64,000 nt of DNA from a virus (lineage: Duplodnaviria > Caudoviricetes). The DNA is taken from the IMG/VR virus record IMGVR_UViG_3300025389_001063, one strand, 5' to 3'. Within the stretch, counting starts at the first letter, position 1. Each line of letters starts with the position of its first letter. The notes under the pieces are model-generated. The model had not been told where the DNA came from and searched no databases. It saw only the letters and a program-made list of their open reading frames with translations. Position numbers and translations under genes: made by a program. Of the stretch, positions 9,063 through 17,834 are shown one piece after another.

Positions 9063-11849
9063 TTATTTTGGATTAGTTCCACTGCCTACTTGCTGACTAG
9101 GAACTAATGGTGGTGTAGTAGGACCAACTGATACTGATCCAGATCCTGACGGACTGGAACCAGAAGAGCTAGGAGAAGTTGGATACGATGGTCCACCGCC
9201 TGAATTAATTCCAGCACTTTGTAACATTCTTTCTACTCTTCCTTTTTTTGATCCGATAAACTGTCTAAGACCTCTTTTAGTTATTGGACCATTAGGATAT
9301 TCTCTCCATCCAGGATTTGCAGCCCATGCTTTACCACCTGTGGGGTAGATTTCTTGTCCTTCTGGAATTTTCATTTTTGCAGGAGCAGCAATAGACAGAT
9401 ATATTTGTTCTACTCCTTGTGGATTACCATTCTTTTGAAAATATTTTTCTACATAATCTAATTGTTGTGCTCTAGTCATAGATCTTAATGCACCAGTAGT
9501 GGTTCCAACCGATGCTGCCGCAGAATTTCCAAACTGAATCAATCCAGTATATCCATATCTATTTTGAATACTTGGATTCATAGTAAATCCGGCCTCGGCA
9601 GCAAATACTGATAATAATTCTGCTAATGTACATCCATGTCTTTGTGCAATTTGTTGTGCTTTAGATAAGAATTCTCTATCTTTTGTCCAATTTGGTGGAT
9701 AGTCATCGGTATAATTGCTATCTAATGGTTTTGAATTGTAGGAATTTGCTAAATTTGGAGCATCATGTCTTGAATATTTTGATGTATCTGGTCTTCCTCC
9801 AGAATATCCGCCATAACTATTTGAAATTCCATCAAGGTCTTGAACTGTTCTTATAGTAAATTGTTTTCCATCTGGATATACTACAGTTCTTTTGTCATCC
9901 ATATTTAATAATCTTACATGAACATTTGCTGGATTTAAATTCTCGTGTTGGAAAGGTTCCCAAGTTGGAACTCTTTTATTAATACAAGACCCCCACCCTT
10001 CTGCTGGAAAACAATTAGGACTAATAAGAGTAGAATAACCTCCACCTGCTGTTTGCATACCTGGCGCACCAGTTGCTTGATCTGCTTCGATTGGTTCTCT
10101 AGCAGGATACGGAGTAGATGGTGCATCGTTGACAGAATATTTGTTACCATCTTGAAAATGAACTTCTGATCCAGAATTTATTACAGTATTACCAGATGAT
10201 GTTGAAACTAATGTTCCGGCAGATTGTAACATATATCCGCCGCCGCCGGCCTTTAATGCTATAGCACCAGTTCCTTGAATTACTATCAAAGGTGTTTTTT
10301 GTGTAATTTGTGTACCTGATGCCATAGTTATTTTAGAATCAGCATTTACATTAATATCATTATAACCATTTATTACTACATCATGTCCTGCTAATAGATG
10401 TAAATCTCTACCAGCAATTCTAGTATCACTACCTGATAAAATATGTGTTTGCATATCTGAAGTTATCAAAGCATTTTGCGATCTTACTTCAAAATTTCCT
10501 TGAACGTTTAATAATAAATTACCTGCAATAGTCCATTCATAACTTGTACCTGTAAAATTAATAGAATCACCTCTTAAATGGTTTCCTGATTGTCCTTCAG
10601 AATACAAATGATTTCCTGCCATAGTACTATGATCATTTTCAGTATGATGAAAAGAACTTCCTGTAACTTTTACACTGTGATCACCACTAGTTGCATTTAC
10701 AGTATTACCTGAAACATTAGTAACATGATTACCATAAACTTGTTGTGCTATATGTCTACCAGCAGTCATTTGTATGTCTGCACCTGAACTCATATGAACA
10801 CCTTCAGCAGCATAAAATTCTATTTTACCGTTAGATGTAAATTCCATCCAAGCAGTACCCCTAGAATTTGTAATATAAACAAAGTCTTCCGAACTATGTA
10901 AAAGAATTTGTGCTCCTCTTCTTGTTCTAATTCTAAATGCTTCATCTTTAGGAAAATCAACTAATCCAGACTCTCCTTTTTCTAAATCAGCGTATTCTGG
11001 AGGACCTTCCCAAGGTCTCGATTTCCTTAAAAATCTTTCATCACCGTCATCCATAACAATACAATGACCGCCCATTCTACTAACAAATTTGTTAATTTTT
11101 TGACTGTCTCTACCTACCATACCTTTTTTAGCACCATTTCTTTTATCGATAGGTCCAGGGGTACTCCATCCATAAACATTGCTAGGACTTTCTCTTCTAG
11201 CAGAACTAGTATGAACTCCTCTATAAGGATCATTAATTGTTCCTTGTTCTAATAATCTTTCAGCAATAGGATGAACTGGTTTTTTATTAGCCTCTACATC
11301 TGGATTTGGTGATTTTGATCCCATTTTAAAAATTTGTCTATTAACTTCACCCACCGGTAAAAAAGTTGTTCCAAAATGAGATTCTGTTCCTGTAACATCT
11401 AACCAATCTGTATCAGAACTAACTCTTAATTGATCTTGTGGATAAGTGCTACCGGCAATACCAGGAATCATATAATTCATATATGCATCCTGAACACAAC
11501 CCATCCAAAATCCTTGTCCCGGATCGCTATCAACAAAAATAACCATAACAGTAACACCAACGTCAGGTGGAACTGCCCAAAAACCATAACTTTTTTGTGT
11601 GTCATTAAATTCTGATGGTGACGCTCCCATAAAATCTACACTAGTGCAACCATAAAAAGGACTTAAATATCTTACAACAAATAATTGTTGAGTTGCTTCT
11701 TTTTGATTTCCAATAGGTCTTAATAATTCAACTTCTAAAGAACCCTGTTTCATAGGATCTGTATTGCTAACAATTCTTGCAAGATAAGGACCGGGATTTG
11801 GAAGAAGTGTTGTATTAATTAAATTGGGGGCTCTTTTGTCTACTGACAT
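9063..11849 (-). CDS. Baseplate central spike (gp5/VgrG-like) with C-terminal lytic transglycosylase-like domain
   Basis: N-terminal OB-fold motifs (NTDPMKQGSLEV, GFWAVPPDVG..VMVIF...GFWMG), beta-helix-like repeats, then FAAEAG...GLIQF...QQLDYVEKYF lysozyme-like domain. Confidence 0.8.
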   Translation of the reverse strand: MSVDKRAPNLINTTLLPNPGPYLARIVSNTDPMKQGSLEVELLRPIGNQKEATQQLFVVRYLSPFYGCTSVDFMGASPSEFNDTQKSYGFWAVPPDVGVTVMVIFVDSDPGQGFWMGCVQDAYMNYMIPGIAGSTYPQDQLRVSSDTDWLDVTGTESHFGTTFLPVGEVNRQIFKMGSKSPNPDVEANKKPVHPIAERLLEQGTINDPYRGVHTSSARRESPSNVYGWSTPGPIDKRNGAKKGMVGRDSQKINKFVSRMGGHCIVMDDGDERFLRKSRPWEGPPEYADLEKGESGLVDFPKDEAFRIRTRRGAQILLHSSEDFVYITNSRGTAWMEFTSNGKIEFYAAEGVHMSSGADIQMTAGRHIAQQVYGNHVTNVSGNTVNATSGDHSVKVTGSSFHHTENDHSTMAGNHLYSEGQSGNHLRGDSINFTGTSYEWTIAGNLLLNVQGNFEVRSQNALITSDMQTHILSGSDTRIAGRDLHLLAGHDVVINGYNDINVNADSKITMASGTQITQKTPLIVIQGTGAIALKAGGGGYMLQSAGTLVSTSSGNTVINSGSEVHFQDGNKYSVNDAPSTPYPAREPIEADQATGAPGMQTAGGGYSTLISPNCFPAEGWGSCINKRVPTWEPFQHENLNPANVHVRLLNMDDKRTVVYPDGKQFTIRTVQDLDGISNSYGGYSGGRPDTSKYSRHDAPNLANSYNSKPLDSNYTDDYPPNWTKDREFLSKAQQIAQRHGCTLAELLSVFAAEAGFTMNPSIQNRYGYTGLIQFGNSAAASVGTTTGALRSMTRAQQLDYVEKYFQKNGNPQGVEQIYLSIAAPAKMKIPEGQEIYPTGGKAWAANPGWREYPNGPITKRGLRQFIGSKKGRVERMLQSAGINSGGGPSYPTSPSSSGSSPSGSGSVSVGPTTPPLVPSQQVGSGTNPK

Positions 11850-11883
11850 TGTTAATCCTTGTTATATAATTATTATTCTTTTA

Positions 11884-13977
11884 TTATCCTGTAGGTGTTG
11901 TTGGAGTTGACGAAGAAGGGGTTGTTGGTGTAGATCCGCTTGCAGGAGTTGTTGGACCTGAACTTGTAGAAGGTGTACCACTATTATTGCTATTTTCATA
12001 TACAAAGATTGTTTGTGCATTAGTACCTAATTGTGCCCTTAGACGAATTCCTTCAATAACTTGAGTAAACATATTTTTATTAAATTTAGATTCAACTTGT
12101 ATTACTTGATAAAGCCCACTCCACATCTCAATATCTGTATCAAAGTTGTAAAGACCTGTGTTAGGATCAAAGTCTGTTGGAGTTCTAAAATTTACAATTA
12201 TCATAACTTCACTATCTTGGTAATTCATTGATCCATCAGATAATGAATTTCCTTGTCCTCTATCAATCCACTGACTTCCCATTCCACTAGTAGGAATATA
12301 ATAAGGGTCTCCCATAATTTCCATGTTTAAATTGATCATATCTCCAGGATTAGTTAAAAGTTTAAACATAGTTCTACCCTGTGATGTAGGAGCATCATCT
12401 GTTCCTGATCCACCTGGCCCTTTATAAAAATATTGTCTTTGTGCTGCTTCGACTGCAACCGGATTCCATTCTTTTGATATTTCAGTAAAAGAAGGTGTAA
12501 CAGTTGTACCAATTTTACTAGAAGGAGTTGTTAATGCAGGCGTAGTTGGGGGAGTCGGATTTGTTCCTCCAGTTACATCAGCATTACCAAAGACAAAGTT
12601 TGGTTCTTGTCCACCTGCTGTGATGCCTTTCCCTCCTGGATTTGATTGTCCAACTCTGTTAGTAATATCAGCAGATATTGGCGTAAAAAATGCCATATCA
12701 AAATGTAAATCTAATTTTAAAATCTCAGTGTTCTGTCCAGTATAGATATAATTATAAACTCTAGTAACTGTATTTCTTAAATTATCAAAACCTACTTCAG
12801 GTTTTTCTCCTGGAGGAAGAAATCTATGTATGTGAACTTTGTAAGGAATAACTCTATAAATGATTGTTCTTTTTTGCCTTCCTAATTGTTTAACTTCTTG
12901 ATCATCATGTACTCTAGCATCAATCCTATACCAATTTACCATTCCATTATCATCTGTTTTAAATTTACTTCCAACTACCTGATTAGTTATGTACTTGCTT
13001 CTTATAACAACTTCATTAATAATGTCAGGAATAGATATTTCTTGTGTAAAGTGCCAATTTCTATCTTTTTCTAATTTAAACTGAGAAGTTCTATAAATTT
13101 GCTTTCCTTCAAACCACAATTTTGATGCAATTGGATCAGGAAAAGGCTGTGTTCCACCATTATTATAATCTACATATACTTCCGAATCACCGATAATATT
13201 TTTTGATCCATCATCATCTGTATAGTCGTTAGGAAATTGAATTTCAATCTCATCTAAATCTTCAATATGTTTTGTTGCTTTTTCTCGACTATATCGGCCT
13301 TGTAATTGATTTAATAAACTTCCTGGGCCATATGATAAAATATCTTTAACTGTAGCACCAGATAATTGAACGTCTGAAACATTTCTAACTGATTGCTCTC
13401 TAAATCCAAACTCATTATAAGGTATAGCTTCTACTTCATATGTTGATCCTGTAGTTCCTACAGAAAATTTAACATCAATAATTTTAATAGGAATAATTCT
13501 TGTTAAATTATCTGTAGCAACACCTGGTGCATTATCAATATATCCTATCCATTCTATCATAAAAATGTAAGGTGACTCTTTAAAATTTGAGTATCCAGAA
13601 CTTTCTCCTGCTGTTCTTAAAGATAACATAAAAAGTCCCATACTATATGGTTCAAAAACTTTAAATGAAATTTTTGTTGCAAATGAATTGCCTGTTTTAT
13701 CGCTATTTCTAGGTATAGTAACTATTGTTACATCATCTATAAAATAATCAAATCTTCCAAAATCTGTTTGAACTCCGCCATCGGGTCCAATACTTTGTGA
13801 TCTACAAATTATGTTTTGTATATCAGTTTTTTGAATTCTATTACCGTTAATTTGTGGCTTAGTACATCCTGCAAGAGTAAAAAGATTGTTAAATGACTGA
13901 AAGTCATCTAAAGGATTAGGTGCTTGAGCTTGAGTCTGATAAAGAGCAGTACTACTAGATGTTAGTGACGAAGCCAT
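11884..13977 (-). CDS. Probable baseplate hub protein (gp27 / late-control-D-like)
   Basis: Position between gp53-like and gp5-like genes; C-terminal EIMGDPY...SGLYQVIQVESKF...FTQVIEGIR motif. Confidence 0.55.
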   Translation of the reverse strand: MASSLTSSSTALYQTQAQAPNPLDDFQSFNNLFTLAGCTKPQINGNRIQKTDIQNIICRSQSIGPDGGVQTDFGRFDYFIDDVTIVTIPRNSDKTGNSFATKISFKVFEPYSMGLFMLSLRTAGESSGYSNFKESPYIFMIEWIGYIDNAPGVATDNLTRIIPIKIIDVKFSVGTTGSTYEVEAIPYNEFGFREQSVRNVSDVQLSGATVKDILSYGPGSLLNQLQGRYSREKATKHIEDLDEIEIQFPNDYTDDDGSKNIIGDSEVYVDYNNGGTQPFPDPIASKLWFEGKQIYRTSQFKLEKDRNWHFTQEISIPDIINEVVIRSKYITNQVVGSKFKTDDNGMVNWYRIDARVHDDQEVKQLGRQKRTIIYRVIPYKVHIHRFLPPGEKPEVGFDNLRNTVTRVYNYIYTGQNTEILKLDLHFDMAFFTPISADITNRVGQSNPGGKGITAGGQEPNFVFGNADVTGGTNPTPPTTPALTTPSSKIGTTVTPSFTEISKEWNPVAVEAAQRQYFYKGPGGSGTDDAPTSQGRTMFKLLTNPGDMINLNMEIMGDPYYIPTSGMGSQWIDRGQGNSLSDGSMNYQDSEVMIIVNFRTPTDFDPNTGLYNFDTDIEMWSGLYQVIQVESKFNKNMFTQVIEGIRLRAQLGTNAQTIFVYENSNNSGTPSTSSGPTTPASGSTPTTPSSSTPTTPTG

Positions 13978-13978
13978 A

Positions 13979-14290
13979 TTATAATCCTAATGATTTTAAC
14001 AAAGGTGTCTTTTTTGGTAATTGAATAATTACTCCTGCACGAAAATCATTTATAGGATCAAATATAACATCAATATTTCTTTGCATAAAAACCCACCAAA
14101 GCCTAGAAGTTCCATATAAATCATAGGCTAATAAATCTGGTCTATGTGTATATTGAGGTTGTATTTTATAAGCATAGTCATCAGGATCTGCAGGTATTAT
14201 CCTAGGTACCCATATATCTAAGTAATTTTTATTTTTAGGAGTTTGATAGTACAGACTATAATTTGCATATTTTGCTGGCATTATACCCAT
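13979..14290 (-). CDS. Baseplate wedge protein, gp53 / LysM-like
   Basis: YTHRPDLLAYDLYGTSRLWWV...N..DPI motif. Confidence 0.7.
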   Translation of the reverse strand: MGIMPAKYANYSLYYQTPKNKNYLDIWVPRIIPADPDDYAYKIQPQYTHRPDLLAYDLYGTSRLWWVFMQRNIDVIFDPINDFRAGVIIQLPKKTPLLKSLGL

Positions 14291-15114
14291 CCTAATCCAT
14301 TTTGATCTAACAACACACCATTTGCAAAGTCGTTTAAATTAAAAGATTTAACTTGTGTTCTACTATAAACTGGCTGTACTGTTACTGAAATTTCCGATGA
14401 TGTAGGAACATATGTTACACTAGATCCAGGTCCGCCTGCTGTAGATGCAATATAATCAACATTGTTAGGCATATTAACTGTAAAATTCTTAACTATAACA
14501 GGAACATTATTATAAACAAAATCTCCATAACCATTTAAAATACAAATAGGTGGAGGATTTCCTAAATTTTGTCCTGTTCCAAAAAACATTTTTGTAACAG
14601 TTCTTAAAAAATGTACACTGGCTATCCAATACGCTGCTTCATCTGAATTTTGAACTGTAAATTTCCCAGTTATTTGAATTTCATCAACTTGGCTATTTCT
14701 ATAAGCATAAAATGGATAGTTTACATGAGAAATATCCATTTGTTGATAATTTGCTGTATGACTCATAACTATCTGAGGTAGATATGGAAAAACCATGCTA
14801 AAATCAGTGTTTATAAACGGAGTAAAAACATTACTATTTTCTACTATTAAATCACAAGAAATTCTAACTCTCCACTCTTTTGATGCTGCTGTACTCGAAT
14901 ATTGTGCTGAAACAAATGCAGTACTTAAAGAAGGCTCTGCTCCTGCAGGAATTCCATTAGAACGAAAAGTAGTTGCTAATGCGTTAGGATCAGTATTAAC
15001 TGAAGTTGAAGAATAACCACCAGTTACAGAACTGCCTATCGAACTGAGGACTTGTCCTGTAGAATCAATAGTTGATGAAACTCCAGCAAGTGCATCTGTA
15101 AGTATATTAGCCAT
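14281..15114 (-). CDS. Probable tail tube initiator (gp48/gp54-like)
   Basis: FPYLPQI..SH.ANY, ITGKF, GNPPPICILNGYG..V...VPV.V..F..NMP motifs; first gene of the baseplate operon. Confidence 0.55.
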   Translation of the reverse strand: MANILTDALAGVSSTIDSTGQVLSSIGSSVTGGYSSTSVNTDPNALATTFRSNGIPAGAEPSLSTAFVSAQYSSTAASKEWRVRISCDLIVENSNVFTPFINTDFSMVFPYLPQIVMSHTANYQQMDISHVNYPFYAYRNSQVDEIQITGKFTVQNSDEAAYWIASVHFLRTVTKMFFGTGQNLGNPPPICILNGYGDFVYNNVPVIVKNFTVNMPNNVDYIASTAGGPGSSVTYVPTSSEISVTVQPVYSRTQVKSFNLNDFANGVLLDQNGLGWV

Positions 15115-15130
15115 AATAAATCTCCTTAAA

Positions 15131-15138
15131 TATTTATT
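15131..15138 (-). promoter_or_regulatory. Late promoter AATAAATA driving the baseplate operon
   Basis: Motif 6 nt upstream of the GGAGA RBS (15121-15125) of the 15114 start. Confidence 0.65.
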
Positions 15139-15165
15139 GCAATAATTAAGTACTCATATTATAAT
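15137..15165 (+). promoter_or_regulatory. Sigma70-type promoter for gp55: TTGCAA-N17-TATAAT
   Basis: -35 at 15137-15142, perfect -10 at 15160-15165, 17-nt spacer; GGAG RBS and ATG at 15183 follow. Confidence 0.7.
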
Positions 15166-15182
15166 ACTTTTGGAGATCTCAT

Positions 15183-16007
15183 ATGGCCAAAGTAAATTAT
15201 TTGAATAATAAAGATTTATTAGAAGAAATACATAAAAGTAAAATATCATATTGCAGTTACATAGATTCTAATTATAGCGATTACGATTTAATACTACCAA
15301 GTTTAGAAAAAATAAACATACGTACAATAGCAGAAGCAAAGAAAAATAAAGCAAAAAAACTAACTTCTAAAGAATTTGAACGAAGAAAATTAGCAGGAGA
15401 TAAAAAGGTAAAACTTAGCGAATGTGAAATAGACTATAGAAAAATAGAAAAGGGAGATATTATATTTCGCATTATGACTTTTGATCATATTCCTTTAGCA
15501 CCTGGTCGTAAAAAGAAAACTAAAACTAGAGCAGATGCACACGAAAAAGTAAATTTCCCTCCATTCCAACACTGGAAATTTGATGATAATGGTGTATTAA
15601 TTTGTGTAGGGAAAAGTCACTGGATTGGTGGTATGGAAAATGGTCACTTCTCCAAAGAACATGGAAAATTCACTAACAAACTAGCAAAAATGTTTATGAA
15701 ATTATGCGAAAGATATGCTACACGTAGTAATGTAAGAGGCTACACATACAACGATGAAATGCGTGGACAAGCAATTTTACAACTAACACAGATAGGACTA
15801 CAATTCGATGAGTCGAAATCAAACAATCCTTTTGCTTATTATACTGCCGCCGTTACTAATAGCTTTGTTCGAGTTATTAATATAGAAAAGAAGAATCAAA
15901 ACATTCGTGATGACATTCTTGAGATGAATAATTTTAATCCTAGTTATACACGACAAAGTAATCACGAATGGAATCAAGCGGTTGAACGGCACAAAAGTAA
16001 AGATTGA
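15183..16007 (+). CDS. gp55: Late transcription sigma factor, T4 gp55-like
   Basis: YLNNKDLL N-terminus and Y.YNDEM...A.LQ...FD..KSNNPFAYYT....NSF.R.I..EKK core; upstream of gp47/46 as in T4-likes. Confidence 0.85.
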   Translation: MAKVNYLNNKDLLEEIHKSKISYCSYIDSNYSDYDLILPSLEKINIRTIAEAKKNKAKKLTSKEFERRKLAGDKKVKLSECEIDYRKIEKGDIIFRIMTFDHIPLAPGRKKKTKTRADAHEKVNFPPFQHWKFDDNGVLICVGKSHWIGGMENGHFSKEHGKFTNKLAKMFMKLCERYATRSNVRGYTYNDEMRGQAILQLTQIGLQFDESKSNNPFAYYTAAVTNSFVRVINIEKKNQNIRDDILEMNNFNPSYTRQSNHEWNQAVERHKSKD

Positions 16008-16017
16008 TTATTTTTAA

Positions 16018-16051
16018 TCCGAAGTGTATAATCATAAATATATACTTCGGA
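16018..16051 (+). promoter_or_regulatory. RBS-sequestering hairpin containing a late promoter (CATAAATA)
   Basis: TCCGAAGTGTATA/TATATACTTCGGA, 13 bp with one G-U; covers GGA of the GGAG RBS; promoter at 16033-16040. Confidence 0.75.
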
Positions 16052-16058
16052 GTTAAAT

Positions 16059-16820
16059 ATGTTTATCTATAAAATTACAGCGGGCGGAAAAGTATATATA
16101 GGGTTTGATACTAAACCTACATATAAGAAATCTAGATGGAAAGATCATTGTCGAGAATCGTTAAAAGATAATCCTAAAAGAAAAATCCATATTATCATGA
16201 AAGAAGTAGGAATTGAAAATTGTCAGTATGAAGTAATTGATGATTCTTTTTCTTCTTTAGGATCATTAGCACTATCTGAAATCGAATACATTGAAAAATA
16301 TAATTCTTTTAAGAATGGTCTTAATTCTAGTCTAGGAGGAGATGGGTTAGGACACACGGGATTTTCAAAACTTACAGAAGATGAAATACAGAAAATTAGA
16401 GAAAAATTAGGTTCTAAATTAAAAGATTATAACACTAATATAAAGTGGGCTAATACTACTAAAGAAGATAGAAAAAAGTTAACAGCACATCTTCATACTC
16501 AAGAGATTTATGAAAAAAGATCTAATACCTTAAAAGAATTTTATAAAGAAAATCCAGAAGAAAAATCTAAAAAAAGTAAAGGTATTACTAATTGGCAAAA
16601 ACATAATCGAGATACTTTACTCAACAACAATAAAAAGAATTCTATAAAAGGAGCAGAAAAAGTTTCTAAAAAAATAAAAGTTGAATTAGAAGATGGTACT
16701 CTGCTATACTATAAAAGTAAAAGTGACTTTCAAAGGCAAACTGGCCAGTGGGCTAATACTATTATTCAAAAAACTAAATTAGGTAATTTTTTTAACGGCT
16801 ACAAAGCATGGGAAATATAA
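16059..16820 (+). CDS. Free-standing GIY-YIG homing endonuclease (Seg-like)
   Basis: FIYKI...KVYIG, RWKDH, E..YIEKYNS..NGLN..LGG motifs; sits between conserved gp55 and gp47. Confidence 0.8.
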   Translation: MFIYKITAGGKVYIGFDTKPTYKKSRWKDHCRESLKDNPKRKIHIIMKEVGIENCQYEVIDDSFSSLGSLALSEIEYIEKYNSFKNGLNSSLGGDGLGHTGFSKLTEDEIQKIREKLGSKLKDYNTNIKWANTTKEDRKKLTAHLHTQEIYEKRSNTLKEFYKENPEEKSKKSKGITNWQKHNRDTLLNNNKKNSIKGAEKVSKKIKVELEDGTLLYYKSKSDFQRQTGQWANTIIQKTKLGNFFNGYKAWEI

Positions 16821-17834
16821 ATGGCTAATCTTTTCAAGAAAATTGCTGCGATGACTGACATCCATTTTGGCCTTAAAAGTAATTCTAAGATTCATAATGA
16901 TGACTGTGAAGAATTTGTAGATTGGTTTATAGAAACTGCCAAGAAAGAAAATTGTGATACCGCAATATTCTGCGGCGATTGGAACCACAATCGAAACACA
17001 ATCAATATTACTACCATGAATGCTGGTTTGTCTTCGTTAGAGAAACTAGGAAAGGCATTTGACAACTTCATTTTCTTTCCTGGTAATCACGACCTCTATT
17101 ACAAAGACCGAAGAGATGTTACTTCTGTAGCATTTGGTAGACATATTCCTGGCGTTAATATGATTACTGAACCTACTGTTATAGATGATGTTGCATTAGT
17201 TCCATGGCTTATAGGCGACGAGTGGAAAAACTTAGCCAAGGTAAAAAGTCGATACATGTTTGGACATTTTGAACTACCGTTATTTTATATGAACGCGATG
17301 GTTCAAATGCCCGACCATGGAGAATTACAAGTAGATAGTTTAAGAAATAATGAAATTGTTTTTTCAGGACATTTCCATCATAGGCAGGCAAGAGATAATG
17401 TTCATTACATCGGTAATGCCTTTCCTCACAATTATGCCGATGCCGGAGACGATGACCGTGGTATGATGATTTTAGAATGGGGCGGGACACCAAAATATAT
17501 TAACTGGCCAAAAATGCCGACTTATAGAACTGTGAAGTTAAGTCAATTAATTGACAACATGGATACCATGTTAAAATCTAAAATGCATCTACGTGTAGCA
17601 CTAGACATTGATATTAGTTTTGAAGAAGCAAACTTTATCAAAGAAACTGTTATGGGAAATTATGATATTAGAGAATGTACTCTTGTTCCTGAGAAAAAAG
17701 AATTAGAAGGAAATTCAACATTAGAAATTACTAATTTTGAATCAGTTGATCAAATTGTTACCAATCAGATTGTAAACATTGAGAGTGAAAACTATAATAG
17801 TAAAATATTGCTGGAGATTTATAACAACTTATGA
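16821..17834 (+). CDS. gp47: Recombination nuclease subunit, gp47/Mre11/SbcD-like
   Basis: Metallophosphoesterase motifs DIH, GD, GNHD, GHFH. Confidence 0.92.
   Translation: MANLFKKIAAMTDIHFGLKSNSKIHNDDCEEFVDWFIETAKKENCDTAIFCGDWNHNRNTINITTMNAGLSSLEKLGKAFDNFIFFPGNHDLYYKDRRDVTSVAFGRHIPGVNMITEPTVIDDVALVPWLIGDEWKNLAKVKSRYMFGHFELPLFYMNAMVQMPDHGELQVDSLRNNEIVFSGHFHHRQARDNVHYIGNAFPHNYADAGDDDRGMMILEWGGTPKYINWPKMPTYRTVKLSQLIDNMDTMLKSKMHLRVALDIDISFEEANFIKETVMGNYDIRECTLVPEKKELEGNSTLEITNFESVDQIVTNQIVNIESENYNSKILLEIYNNL

Noticed and set aside
15120-15177. ATCTCC/GGAGAT inverted repeat as a regulatory hairpin
   Set aside because: Explained by the two back-to-back RBSs of divergent genes; neither predicted transcript contains both arms.
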